Positions 54,012 through 64,000 of a DNA stretch of 64,000 nt are shown here, piece after piece (position 1 is the first letter of the stretch; each line of letters starts with the position of its first letter). The stretch spans positions 55,552,001 to 55,616,000 of the forward strand of contig NC_086375.1 in assembly GCF_036588685.1 (NCBI RefSeq). Reading direction: 5' to 3'. Made by a program: the position numbers and the translations under genes. The notes beneath the pieces are model-generated. The model ran no database searches, was not told where the DNA came from, and worked only from the letters and a program-made list of their open reading frames with translations. The stretch comes from Mytilus trossulus. Its lineage: Eukaryota.

Positions 54012-55462
54012 AACAAGAGGCTCCCAAGAGCCTGAATCGCTCACCCTAATGTTTTTGATTAAATCTCTCATCAATGATTATTTTGGCTTTTCAATTTATT
54101 TAAATGTTCTATGAATCGTCCTATTTTCTTCAAAAGCAAAACAAAATTTTTTTCTCCTATGTCCTAAGTTTGGCTGAAATTGATACAGCAGGTTCAAAGG
54201 AGAAGATTTTTTAAAGTAAGTCAACATGATGAACAAATTGTGAAAAAAAGTCTTTAAAGGGCAATAACTCCTGACGGGGTCAATTTACAATTTTGGTCAA
54301 TAGACTTATTTGTAGATCTTACTTTGCTCAACATTTTTGCTATACACAGTTTATCTGTATCTATAATAATATTCAAGATAATAACCAAAAACTGCAAAAT
54401 TTCTTTAAAATCATCAATTCAGGGGCATTATACCTGAAAAACCAGTTACCCAATTCGGCTGAAAATTTTAGGACAGGTAGACCTTGACCTTATAAATACT
54501 TTAACTTCTTGTCTTATTTGCTCTAAATGCTGGAGCTTTTGAGATATAAGCCAAAAACTGCATTTTACCCTGTGTTCTATTTTTAGCCATGACGGCCATG
54601 TTTTTTGACGAAATAGAAAATGAAACACAAACTTTATTTTATACACCCTACTGATCATTCAGTGGAAGTTTGGTTGAATTTTGTTGAGTAGTTTTAGAGT
54701 AGAAGATTTTTTAAAGTTAGCAAATATGATGAACAAATTGTGAAAAATTGTCATTAAAGGACAATAACCCCTTAAGGGGTCAATTAACAATTTTGGTCAT
54801 ATTAACTTAAAACTGCAAAATTTCCTTAAAATTACCAATTAAGTGGCAGCAACCCAACAATGGGTTGTTTGATTCATCTGAAAATTTCAGGGCTGATAGA
54901 TCTTGACCTAATGAACATTTTTACCCCTATCAGATTTGCACTAAATGCTTTCGTTTTTGAGATATAAGCCAAAAACTGCATTTGACCCCTATGTTCTATT
55001 TTTAGCAATGGCGACCATGTTTGTTGATAGATCAAAATTTCGGATACAATTTATAAACTACATACCCTAAGGAACATTCAGTTAAAGTTTGGAAGTAATT
55101 GGCCTAGTATTTTCAGAGGAGAAGATTTTTTAAAGTTAGCAAATATTAAAGGACAATAATTGACAATTTTGGTCATATTAACTTATTTGTAGATCTTACT
55201 TTGCTGAACATTTTTGCTGTTTACAGTTTATCTTTATCTATAATAATATTCAAGATAATGACCAAAAACTGCAAAATTTCCTTAAAATTACCAATTAAGT
55301 GGCAGCAACCCAACATTGGGTTGTTTAATTCATCTGAAAATTTCAGGGCTGATAGATCTTGACCTTTACCCCTTGTCAGATTTGCTCTAAATGCGTTCGT
55401 TTTTGAGATATAAGCCAAAAACTGCATTTGACCCCTATGTTCTATATTTTTAGCAATGGCGA
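54012..55462. mobile_element. Non-autonomous Helentron/HINE-like element with ~3 internal tandem units of ~420-500 bp
   Basis: Terminus ACAAG-AGGCTC-CCAA-GAGCCT-GAATCGCTCACC (hairpin plus subterminal motif typical of bivalve Helitron-N/HINE elements, recalled). Units start at AAGTTTGG 54166, 54666 and 55085; GAGATATAAGCCAAAAACTGCATT occurs three times. Other terminus not found. Confidence 0.7.
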
Positions 55463-55685
55463 CTATGACAGCATAACATGACAGAACTATTGTACAAATA
55501 AATGCAAGAACACAGGACAGAGGCCTGGTTTCGCGGCTAGCCAAACCTAAGGCTTTTATGGCAATGTTAAATATAACACTAAAATGACAGCATAACATGA
55601 CAGAACTACTGTACAAATAAATGCAATAAAACAGGACAGAGAAATACACAAATACGCGTTACAATAGGACATCTTGACATGCTAT

Positions 55686-55812
55686 TAGTTATCAAAGGTA
55701 CCAGGCTTATAATTTAATACATTATGCGTGTACGTGTCTTCTACATAAGACATACCAGTGACACACAAAGCAAAATAGTAAAGAAAGTCAAACAAGTACA
55801 GAGTTGAAGAGG
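55686..55812 (-). mobile_element. Decayed hammerhead-bearing repeat fragment
   Basis: AGTTATCAAAGGTACCAGG...CTACATAAGAC...CAGTGAC aligns to 59101-59220; catalytic core mutated. Confidence 0.7.
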
Positions 55813-57732
55813 ATGTGATAAGAACATCCTTAGTATTTAGAAGAAGCTTCTTTGAAAACAGTAGCATTTTTTCAGGGAAATTAGGCACTGAAATTTCGTT
55901 TCAATTGAGATACTCTCATTCATATATATATTTTTTTATAATATTGCTATACAGAAACAGAAAGTTAATGTTGACAAATTAAACTTATCTTTTTGTCGTT
56001 CAAAGGTGTGACCACCAATTAATAATCCCTATCTGTTCAACCAAATTTCTAGATATTTTACATTACGTTTAACAAAATAGAAACCAGGTATATCATAAAT
56101 TGTACATGTAATGATGTATCACCTATCTGCATGCCAATTTTCAACCCATGTTCAAAATCTTCTAAGAAAGAATTGACTTCGGAAATATAACTACTCCAAA
56201 TTAAACCCGTGGTTTTCTGGAGATCCTAAATAAGTATACTATATGTAGCGCATTAATCCTGATTGTTATTGCAAACTCATAGAAAAGTGAATTTTGGCTC
56301 AAAATAGTCTAAACACATTTCTCTTTCACCAAAAGTTTCAATTATGCAAATGTGTTAGTTTCGGTAAACAATGACACCAAAAGCACTATATTGTGTCAGA
56401 GAAGGGATCATATTACATACGTTCTAAATTGATGGGAGTAATTGGTGGTTTGACACCTAACGAACATTCATTGTCACTATCTAGATATGTACACATATGA
56501 AGCAGATTTAACATTAACGATAGCATCCTTTTTTTCAAGTTTAATGTAAAGATGTTATCAACAAAGCACCCAAAATGTAATTTTTCAGTGAGATGTATAG
56601 ATGCATATGAAGTAAAAGAATTACAAGGATAAAGACGTGATTCTAGTTTTGTTGGTCAGTATATATATATATATATAAATATGATACTGATTTCCAATAA
56701 GTCAGTGTGTTATATTAAGAAGCTTATATAAACAGTATCCACAGCTTTTCCGATGTAGGAGTTGTTTTGAAACGTTACAATATTATATCAAAATATCATC
56801 GTCTTACTATTAAAATGTCATCTTCATGTTTATTACACACTATATTCGTTAAATTCCGTTCCTTAATTTGACACTAGGTCAAACATTCAGTAGAGTATTT
56901 AGGTGCGTCTCATACAAAGTGGAACCACCTTATAAATTAAATGATTTGTTTAAAATACATGTACCCATTATCTATGCGTTTCTTCAATATTGCAAGAGAA
57001 GTTGAATATGAAGCTGAAAATTTACAGTAGTTAAAAAACACAAAAAAGCCGTATTCTATGTGTGAGTAATATGAAGTAAGAGCGTAATTCAAGTTCGCAT
57101 CTTTGTTCAGTATAGTAAGAATTGTATAAATGGTGATTTCGAATAAGCAATTTTGGTCTATATGTTATATGAAATCTAATAAAAATAGCTCACATTTGTT
57201 AAAAAAAAAAAAAAAAGAAGAGTATACGTCTACAAATAGTAATAGATGTGTAATATTTCCGTTGATCCACACCTTTTCTTTTGTAAATGTAACTTTCAAA
57301 TGTTAACCAATGCAATAAAACATAACATTTTCATATATCGAAATGTCATCCTCATGATTTTTACAAATTATGATTGTTGTATACTGTCTTTCCAGTGACA
57401 CAATTTCAACCATTCAATTGTTGATTCTAATGAAATTTGGATGTAACATTTTTTTTCATTGGCTAAAAGTTGCCGTCAAATCCACAGTTGACCAGGCGTA
57501 ACTAAAGAGAGACCCGCCATTTTGAATTGATGAATCAACAAATGTTCGATTACTACTATATACTCGAAAATAAAACAACACCTACCTCGAATTCGCCGTT
57601 TTAATATAATTTTATCCGAATTTGAAACGTACAGGTAAGGTAATGACGTTTCGCGGATTTTTTTTTATTTTACAGATTTAGACATTTTTTCAATTTTTAT
57701 CGTATTTTTTCTTTTTGTAATGCATTAGAATC

Positions 57733-57917
57733 GGAATAACAGTACTGTAGTTGAAGAGTTGCCACTGTCAATTTTGATTTGACGGTCGCAAATCTCCGTT
57801 TTACTGTCTCCGCTACGCGTCGTCAGTAAAACTGCATTTGCGTCAGTAAAACTGCATTTGCGACCGTCAAATCTACAATTGATGGTGGCAACTCTTCAAC
57901 TACAGTACTGTTATTCC
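57733..57917. mobile_element. 185-bp foldback/MITE; nearly the whole element is one hairpin
   Basis: Perfect 33-bp TIR GGAATAACAGTACTGTAGTTGAAGAGTTGCCAC, then imperfect pairing through GATTTGACGGTCGCAAAT and GTTTTACTG/CAGTAAAAC. Internal 20-bp tandem duplication CGTCAGTAAAACTGCATTTG; TTAA on the right flank only. Confidence 0.9.
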
Positions 57918-58558
57918 TTAAGTATGTAGGTACGATTTATGAGTGTTAATTAAAAGATATTGTTTTACACATTAATTCTGCAAGTACTTCCGTATTAATA
58001 AATATAGAAATATGAAGTTAAACTAGGAAAATTGAAATCATTATTGGGTCGTTCTCAACGATCATTAATTGTCACTATCCAGATGAAAGTCGAGATATGA
58101 TGCAGATATAACACTATCGACCGTATCCTTTTTTGCACGTTCAATGGATAAATATGCTCAATGATATACCCAAACTGGAAGTATGTACTGGGATATAACG
58201 TGACGTTAACAGGTCATGGGAAAATATGATACATAGTCTCCCCTTTCGTCGTTCGCATGACTGAAAACTGAAATAGTTAAACAAAACGCCCCAAAACAGA
58301 CTTCTCTATATATGCATAATTCGAAGTAAGAACGTAATTCTAAAGATAGCCGACATTTGTAAAACGATTGTAAATTAAAAAAAAAGAATTAATTTAAAAT
58401 ATTTGATATATGTTCAACCTTCACGTTAGTCCAAAACTTTTCCTTGTAGGATTTGTATTGAAATGTTAACCTTTATATAAATATCATCTTTTAACATTAA
58501 AATGTCAACTTCATGTGTTTTACACACTTCGTTTGTTGTATACTATCTGTTCAGAGAA

Positions 58559-58722
58559 GGGGCCTCAATGGCTCTAAAAAGGTCTTCTACTGTAATTACT
58601 AGCCAACCAGCCCTGATATTGTGATTTCGAACCCCGCTCGTGCGGATGCACTCGTCTTCAATCCTTATTGATTAGGATTGTCAGTTTTCCTATCGAAGGT
58701 CTGTGGATTTCTTCGGGCACTC
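58559..58722 (+). mobile_element. Decayed tRNA-derived SINE (head plus start of core)
   Basis: GGGGCCTCAATGGC (A-box-like), GATTTCGAACCCC (B-box-like), then GGTCTGTGGATTTCTTCGGGCACTC resembling a SINE core domain. Confidence 0.6.
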
Positions 58723-58735
58723 AAGCAATGTGACA

Positions 58736-58855
58736 TTCGGAAGGAAAACTAACAATCCTAGTCAATTAATATTGGAGTCGAGCACATCTGCCAAGTGAAG
58801 GATTTGATCTCTCAACCTTAGAATTGACCGACTTCTTAGACCAACAGGCTATATG
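58736..58855 (-). mobile_element. Second decayed copy of the same SINE in opposite orientation
   Basis: TTCGGAAGGAAAACTAACAATCCTAGTCAAT...GAGTCGAGCACATCTGC is the reverse complement of ~58640-58698. Confidence 0.6.
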
Positions 58856-59132
58856 GTCTATATTTTATAAAGAAACTAATATAGATAACCCACATTTGTA
58901 AATAGGTTTGTTCATTTACATATATAAAATCTTTCCGTGGGTCCACATCTTTTCCATAGTAGGAGTAAATTTGAAATGTTAACCCATAACATTAAACAAA
59001 TCATCTGCTGATATTAAAATGTCATCTTCTTGTTTTTTACACACTATATTTGTTGTATTCCTTTTTTCAGTGACACTATTTCTACTCAAGACTCATAAAA
59101 AGTTATCAAAGGTACTAGGATTATTATTTAGT

Positions 59133-59176
59133 ACGCCAGACGCGCGTTTCGTCTACATAAGACTCATCAGTGACGC
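59133..59176 (-). ncRNA. Minimal type-I hammerhead ribozyme (intact) within a retrozyme-like repeat spanning ~59101-59290
   Basis: Reverse complement is GCGTCA-CTGATGA-GTCT-TATGT-AGAC-GAAA-C-GCGC-G-TC^TGGCGT, identical to 60360-60403. Confidence 0.88.
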
Positions 59177-59736
59177 TCATTTCAAAATATTTATAAAGCC
59201 AGACAAGTAAAAAGTTAGGGAGCATTGAGGATCCAAAATTCCAAAAAGTAGTGACGCTCAGTTCAAAATAGTTATAAAGCCAAACAAGTACAATGGTGAC
59301 GACGACGTGCATTGATAACCCAAACATCCATTTCAAGAGTATTTGGTGCGTATCATTTAAAGTGAATTCATTTACTAAATTTCATTGTTTTAAGCAGACT
59401 TAACATTATCAATGGTATCTTTTATTTCAGGTTAAGTGAATAAATATGAACAACAATTAACCTTCCAAATATTCAGGTAGAGGGTATAGCTGAACGTGAT
59501 GTTTAAAGATCATGGAAAAATATGATATCATTGGCGTACGCCTTGCATCCTCTTTTATTTGTTATAATGGTTGATATTTCGCACTAAATAAAAAAAAACA
59601 GACATCAAAAGGAAGAGTAATATATATATAGTACGAAGTGAAGACACGATTCTACCCTTTTTTGTTCAGAATAGTGAATAGTAAGAATTATATGAGTGGT
59701 GGTCATTTTCCAATTAGCGATTTGGTCCATAAATGT

Positions 59737-59920
59737 GGTTAGCGCTATAAAACCAGGTTTAATCCACCATTTTCTACATTTGAAAATGCTTGTGCTAAGT
59801 CAGGAATATGACAGTTCTTGTCCATTCGTTTTTGATGCGTTTTGTATTTTAATTTTGCCATGTTGGACTTTCCAAATTGATTTTCCTCTTAGTTCAGTAT
59901 TTTTGTGTTTTAACTTTTTT
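59737..59920 (+). mobile_element. Repeat family A copy (5'-truncated twister-like motif)
   Basis: TTAGCGCTATAAAACCAGGTTTAATCCACCATTTTCTACATTTGAAAATGCTTGTGCTAAGTCAGGAATATGACAG. Confidence 0.85.
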
Positions 59921-60359
59921 CTATATAGTATAAGGAACTACTTTATTTATCCCACATGTGTAAATAGAGCGTACTTGCATAAATAATCATTTCATTAATA
60001 TATGATTAATCTTTCCCTTGGGTCCACAGTTTTTCCCTTATAAGGAATACAATGTATTTTGAAATGTTAACCTATAATATCAAAATATCTCTAACATACA
60101 ATGTGTGTTGTATACTTTTATTTCAGTGACACTATTTAAACCATGTGAGCATGGAATTGAATATCAGCAGCTTTTTTGTGTTATTAAAATAATATTGGTT
60201 TTATATAAATTTTTGATTTCAGACTTGCGGATTTAATTCTCATAACATGATGAAATGACATATATACTGCTTTCATTTCCTGAACATTAATCATATCTTT
60301 TGTCATTTTTGTAAGACAAAAAATGCTTATTGTTTGGCTTTTTAACTATTTTGATCTGA

Positions 60360-60403
60360 GCGTCACTGATGAGTCTTATGTAGACGAAACGCGCGTCTGG
60401 CGT
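60360..60403 (+). ncRNA. Minimal type-I hammerhead ribozyme (intact) within a retrozyme-like repeat spanning ~60330-60437
   Basis: Stem I GCGTCA/TGGCGT; core CTGATGA 60366-72; stem II GTCT/AGAC; GAAA 60386-89; very short stem III within the palindrome ACGCGCGT; GUC cleavage triplet ending at 60397. Confidence 0.9.
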
Positions 60404-60835
60404 TTAAAATTATAATCCTGGTACTTTTGATAACTATTATTGATGGTCAAGAAGACTTATGTATAAATCTCCAAAACTGGTGCTAATAGATTGTTTTAGT
60501 AAATACATCTTGATAGATTTATAAGTCAAATTATAAATGAAAATGCATACGTTTTAGGGATTTCTTTAGCAAAGGATATACTTCACCAGACGAGGATATT
60601 GTCAACGTAGAATCTCATATCATTTAAATTAATATACATGTATATCGACAGCTGTCAAAATCACATTTTTATAAATGTGGTTGTAGATATCCTATTTCAA
60701 TTTTTATCCGAGAGCATTCAATTTCTAAATATAGAGAACATTTGTCAAAGCAAAAGTTTCGATTTGGCAATCATCCCCAAAAGAAAATCCAGAAAGAAAA
60801 CACAAGCCATTTATAAAAAAAACCTACTGGAATGT

Positions 60836-61648
60836 AAAATTGAGAATGGAAATGGGGAATGTGTCAAAGAGACAACAACCCGACCAAAATAAAAAAAACA
60901 CAACAGCAGAAGGTCACCAACAGGTCTTCAATGTAGCGAAAAATTCCCGCACCCGGAGGCGTCCTTCAGCTGGCCCCTAAACAAATATATACTAGTTCAG
61001 TGATAATGAACGCCATACTAATTTCCAAATTGTACACAAGAAACTAAAATTTAAATAATACAAGACTAACAAAGGCCAGAGGCTCCTGACTTGGGACAGG
61101 CGCAAAAATGCGTCGGGGTTAAACATGTTTGTGAGATCTCAACCCTCCCCCTATACCTCTAACCAGTGTAGAAAAGTAAAAGCATAACAATACGCACATT
61201 AAAATTCAGTTCAAGAGAAGTCTGAGTCTGATGTCAGAAGATGTAACCAAAGAAAATAAACAAAATGACAATAATACATAAATAACAACAGACTACTAGC
61301 AGTTAACTGACATGCCAGCTCCAGACTTCAATTAAACTAACTGAAAGATTATGATTTCATCATATGAACATCAGGCACAATCCTTCCCGTAAGGGGTTTA
61401 GTATCATACCATCATAACATATATGAGAAGAACATAACCCGTGTCATGCCAACAACTGTTTTTAGAATAAATGTGTTTAGTTCCGACGCAAAGACCTTAT
61501 CAGTGACTCAATATTAACGCCAAAATATGCAATCTTTAATGACTTGACAACAGTATCGTAATTATATCCCTTCTTAATAAGTCTATTCAAAGGTTTTGTA
61601 AGTGTATGAGGTGAATACTGACACCTTTGTGCTTTATAAAGAATATTT
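60836..61648 (-). mobile_element. 813-bp 5'-truncated retroelement (family E) with 13-bp TSD, ORF C-terminus and 3' UTR
   Basis: CCTACTGGAATGT at 60823-60835 and 61649-61661. Minus frame 61650->61477 is open: GNILYKAQRCQYSPHTLTKPLNRLIKKGYNYDTVVKSLKIAYFGVNIESLIRSLRRN*. 3'-end stubs are dispersed elsewhere in the window. Confidence 0.88.
61074..61164 (-). ncRNA. Candidate twister ribozyme, type P5
   Basis: GGUUAGAGGU-AUA-GGGG-GAGGG-UUGAGAUCUCACAAACAUGUUU^AA-CCCC-GA-CGCA-UUUU-UGCG-CCUG-U-CCC-AA-GU-CAGG-A-GCCUCUGGCC. P5 (10 bp including G-U), P2 GGGG/CCCC, P3, P4 CCUG/CAGG, T1 CCC/GGG, conserved N^AA and GAGGG. T2 has a mismatch here and P1 is non-canonical. Confidence 0.75.
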
Positions 61649-62077
61649 CCTACTGGAATGTGTATTCTTCATTTGTAAATGCCTTTTCAAAAGTGAAAAA
61701 TCACAATGAGAAAATTAAAGGTCATTATTAGAAAATACTTTTTAGTAGAAATAAAAATGTATTAAAATTAAAATCAACAGACAAGTGCTTCTTACACCAA
61801 GATTATGATTTGACGTTGGCAAATAATTCCTTTCATCCTGATTTTTTTTTCTGTATGAATGATTAATTAATATGTCAAAATTCGATCTCAAAAAGGCCAG
61901 ACTTTCTATGATTCATATCTACTGTCAATTTACATCACGGTGAAATAAAGGCATTGTTTGGTTTGTAGATTTTCTCGCTGTGTTGGAGACACATTGGTGG
62001 CTTTAGGCTGTATGTTTTTTTACACATTGGTAAGGTTGTTGTCTCTTTGAGACATACCCATTTCCATTATCAATTTT

Positions 62078-62352
62078 AGTAGTATTCCGCTGTTCAATAA
62101 TCACAAATCGAATAAGTGAAAACCAATCCAGGTTACAATCTAAAATCGAGGGGATCACGTCAACGGTAAGACAAAAACATCGAAACAAAAGAAACACTAA
62201 CATGCAACAAAAAACAAACTTAAACATACATTGAAATGGATTATTTGATAATAATTGCCATATTTCTGACTTTTTTGATTATTTTTTTAGGAAAACGATT
62301 GGTTGAAACTTGTTTGATGGCTAGCCAATCCTCCCGCTAATTTGGTAATGTT
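62078..62352 (-). mobile_element. Repeat family F copy with decayed twister-like motif
   Basis: AGTAGTATTCCGCTGTTC... at the start; minus strand GCGGGAGGATTGGCTAGCCATCAAACAAGTTTCAACCAATC...AAGTCAGAAATATGGCAATT. Confidence 0.7.
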
Positions 62353-63483
62353 AAGAAACTAGCAGCACCGTTTACCAATTACCTTATTCGTTTTTATAAA
62401 AGAATGAAATTATGTTTGATGATTCTTTCTATTCTACACATAGTTGGTTATGATTGTTTAACTATAAGCATTTATTTTATATTCTTTATATGTTCATTAT
62501 GTCTTTTGATTCCAAACACTGCAAGAAAACTTTTGTTGGAGATATTTGAATTTAAGAATCGGGGACAGGCAACTGACAAATCGACGTTCAGTAACAACAA
62601 AAGCAATATGCCTCTCTCTATATATAAATATATACTGTGAATCAGAAATAAATAACAACATGGTTTATTTAACACTTCCAGATATAAAGGAATGGTCATA
62701 TTTAGGGCATATGAATGTTTATGTAGTTAAGTATTCCATACTAGTGCAAATAAAATATTTATATGTTCTACTGAAATAGATCCCCTTCAAGTTGCTAATA
62801 ATCATATACGACAATGAAGCCATAACTACCAAACTGAATTAAGTGAAGGATCACTTTTTAATCAACTGTGATAACCTACCTACATTGACATCTGAATAAT
62901 ACTTATAGGTGTTTATTTGGTATCGTATTTTCAGCTTCGGTTATTATTATAGATAAATCAGTACTACAGCTTTTTTCCCAACAAACTTTAGATCAACACT
63001 TGATCTTCAACAGAGAAAAAGTTCTCTTACAATAATTAATACCTAACGATATTGTTATTGTATAGTTTATTTTTTACCATCTTCATATACCCGTCCCCCT
63101 TGAAACATTAAAAAAACCATATAAAATAATGTCTTTTGTAATCGTTATGTGGTTGTTACCTTGCTGCATGCAGTCTATGTTAGTTTTACAGCTAACGATA
63201 TTAGTGAGTATGACGACATAATTGAATACCAACAAGTTAAGTACTTAAAGTTTTATATTGATACAATATAACTAGAATAGTGAATTATTATAAAGGGTAT
63301 CTTTTGTGTTCCGATTAAGATAGAGAACAGGAGATGGTGATATTTAAAACCGCAATTTCAACCATGCAGCATTTATTTGTCTGTAATTGAACTCGTCAGT
63401 GGTGGAATTATGAGTAACAAAACAACTTTAATCAATCATAACAGTTGTTCAAGATCAAATTCAACGTATAAATGTTATGATGA

Positions 63484-63730
63484 AACAAAAATATTGAACT
63501 CTGAGGAAAATGTAAAACGAAAAGTCCTTAATCAAATGGCAAAATCAAATAAAACATATCAAACAAATGGACAACAACTGTCATATTCCTGAGTCGGTAC
63601 AGACATTTTTTTAATCGTAGAAAATGGTGCATTGAACCTGGTTTTAGAGTGCTAGACCTCTTACTTGTGTGGCAGTCGCATCAAATACCATCATATTTAC
63701 AACAATGTGTAAACAAAACAGACATAATAA
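63484..63730 (-). mobile_element. Repeat family A copy (twister-like motif at 63576-63677, degenerate)
   Basis: AAAAATATTGAACTCTGAGGAAAA...AACTGTCATATTCCTGAGTCGGTACAG...TAGACCTCTTACTTGTGTGGCAGTC. Confidence 0.85.
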
Positions 63731-63875
63731 ATAGTGATTGTCTGAGAAATGTTTGTAGTCCTTTATCCCAAACATATTGCAAATATGTTTTTTTTCTTAT
63801 GTTGAAAAAATATAGAAGTTACAGATGTTCATGGACATCGTTGTCAATAAAGAGAAATGTTATGCATCTGTCTTA

Positions 63876-64000
63876 CAAGTGTGAGGTTTAGCTAGCAATA
63901 AACCAATTGTTATCCACCATGTCAGGAATATGTCAGTTGTTATCCATTCGAATGATGTATTTGAGCTTTTGATTTGTCATTTGATTGCGGACATTCCGTT
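63876..64000 (+). mobile_element. Repeat family A copy, internally deleted, running off the window end
   Basis: CAAGTGTGAGGTTTAGCTAGC...ATCCACCAT/GTCAGGAATATGTCAGTTGTTATCCATTCG. Confidence 0.75.

Larger units (their letters stand above)
56640..60145. repeat. Old, diverged tandem array (~0.5-kb basic unit, at least 5 copies) interrupted by later insertions
   Basis: Block TCCACA..TTTTCC...TAGGA...TTGAAATGTTAACC...AAAATGTCATCTTC...TTTACACACTATATT...CAGTGACACTATTT recurs at ~56737, 57265, 58430, 58942 and 60022. Confidence 0.7.

Noticed and set aside
58559-58640. tRNA gene
   Set aside because: No intact cloverleaf; followed by a SINE-like core and present as a second decayed copy.
59101-60437. 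Single composite transposon bounded by the two inverted hammerhead repeats
   Set aside because: No TSD, and the interior is the local old tandem array; two independent insertions are more parsimonious.
61480-61512. GAGTCACTGATAAGGTCT resembling the hammerhead 5' arm
   Set aside because: The core is CTGATAA, there is no stem II or GAAA, and it lies inside the element's coding frame.
38000-64000. A third Zic gene or other host gene
   Set aside because: No zinc-finger or other recognisable host coding motifs found; the short ORFs here are AT-rich noise or repeat-derived.

Overview
AT-rich eukaryotic (invertebrate) genomic DNA. The dispersed repeats resemble those of mytilid mussels, which is an inference from recall and not a database result. 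The only host protein-coding content is two same-strand, tandem Zic/odd-paired C2H2 zinc-finger genes: the last exon of an upstream paralog (5077-5606) and a complete two-exon gene (33253-34129 + 37300-37850, 475 aa). The rest is gene-poor DNA densely filled with repeats. Main observations: (1) several retroelement 3'-end families with unrelated flanks share a fold matching a type-P5 twister ribozyme, with covariation in P5, P3, P2 and the T1 pseudoknot, and with P1 replaced by two consecutive palindromes; the best copy lies in the 3' UTR of a 5'-truncated retroelement flanked by a 13-bp target-site duplication (60836-61648). (2) A second family carries minimal type-I hammerhead ribozymes (two identical intact copies, four decayed), i.e. 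retrozyme-like elements. (3) A third, Penelope-like RT-thumb family has an unclassified structured RNA in the same 3' UTR position. (4) A perfect 17+17-bp CATG-terminated palindrome with a 7-bp TSD looks like a P-superfamily transposon excision footprint. MITEs, an inverted SINE pair, a Helentron/HINE-like element and several minisatellites are also present. All RNA structures were read by eye and are untested.
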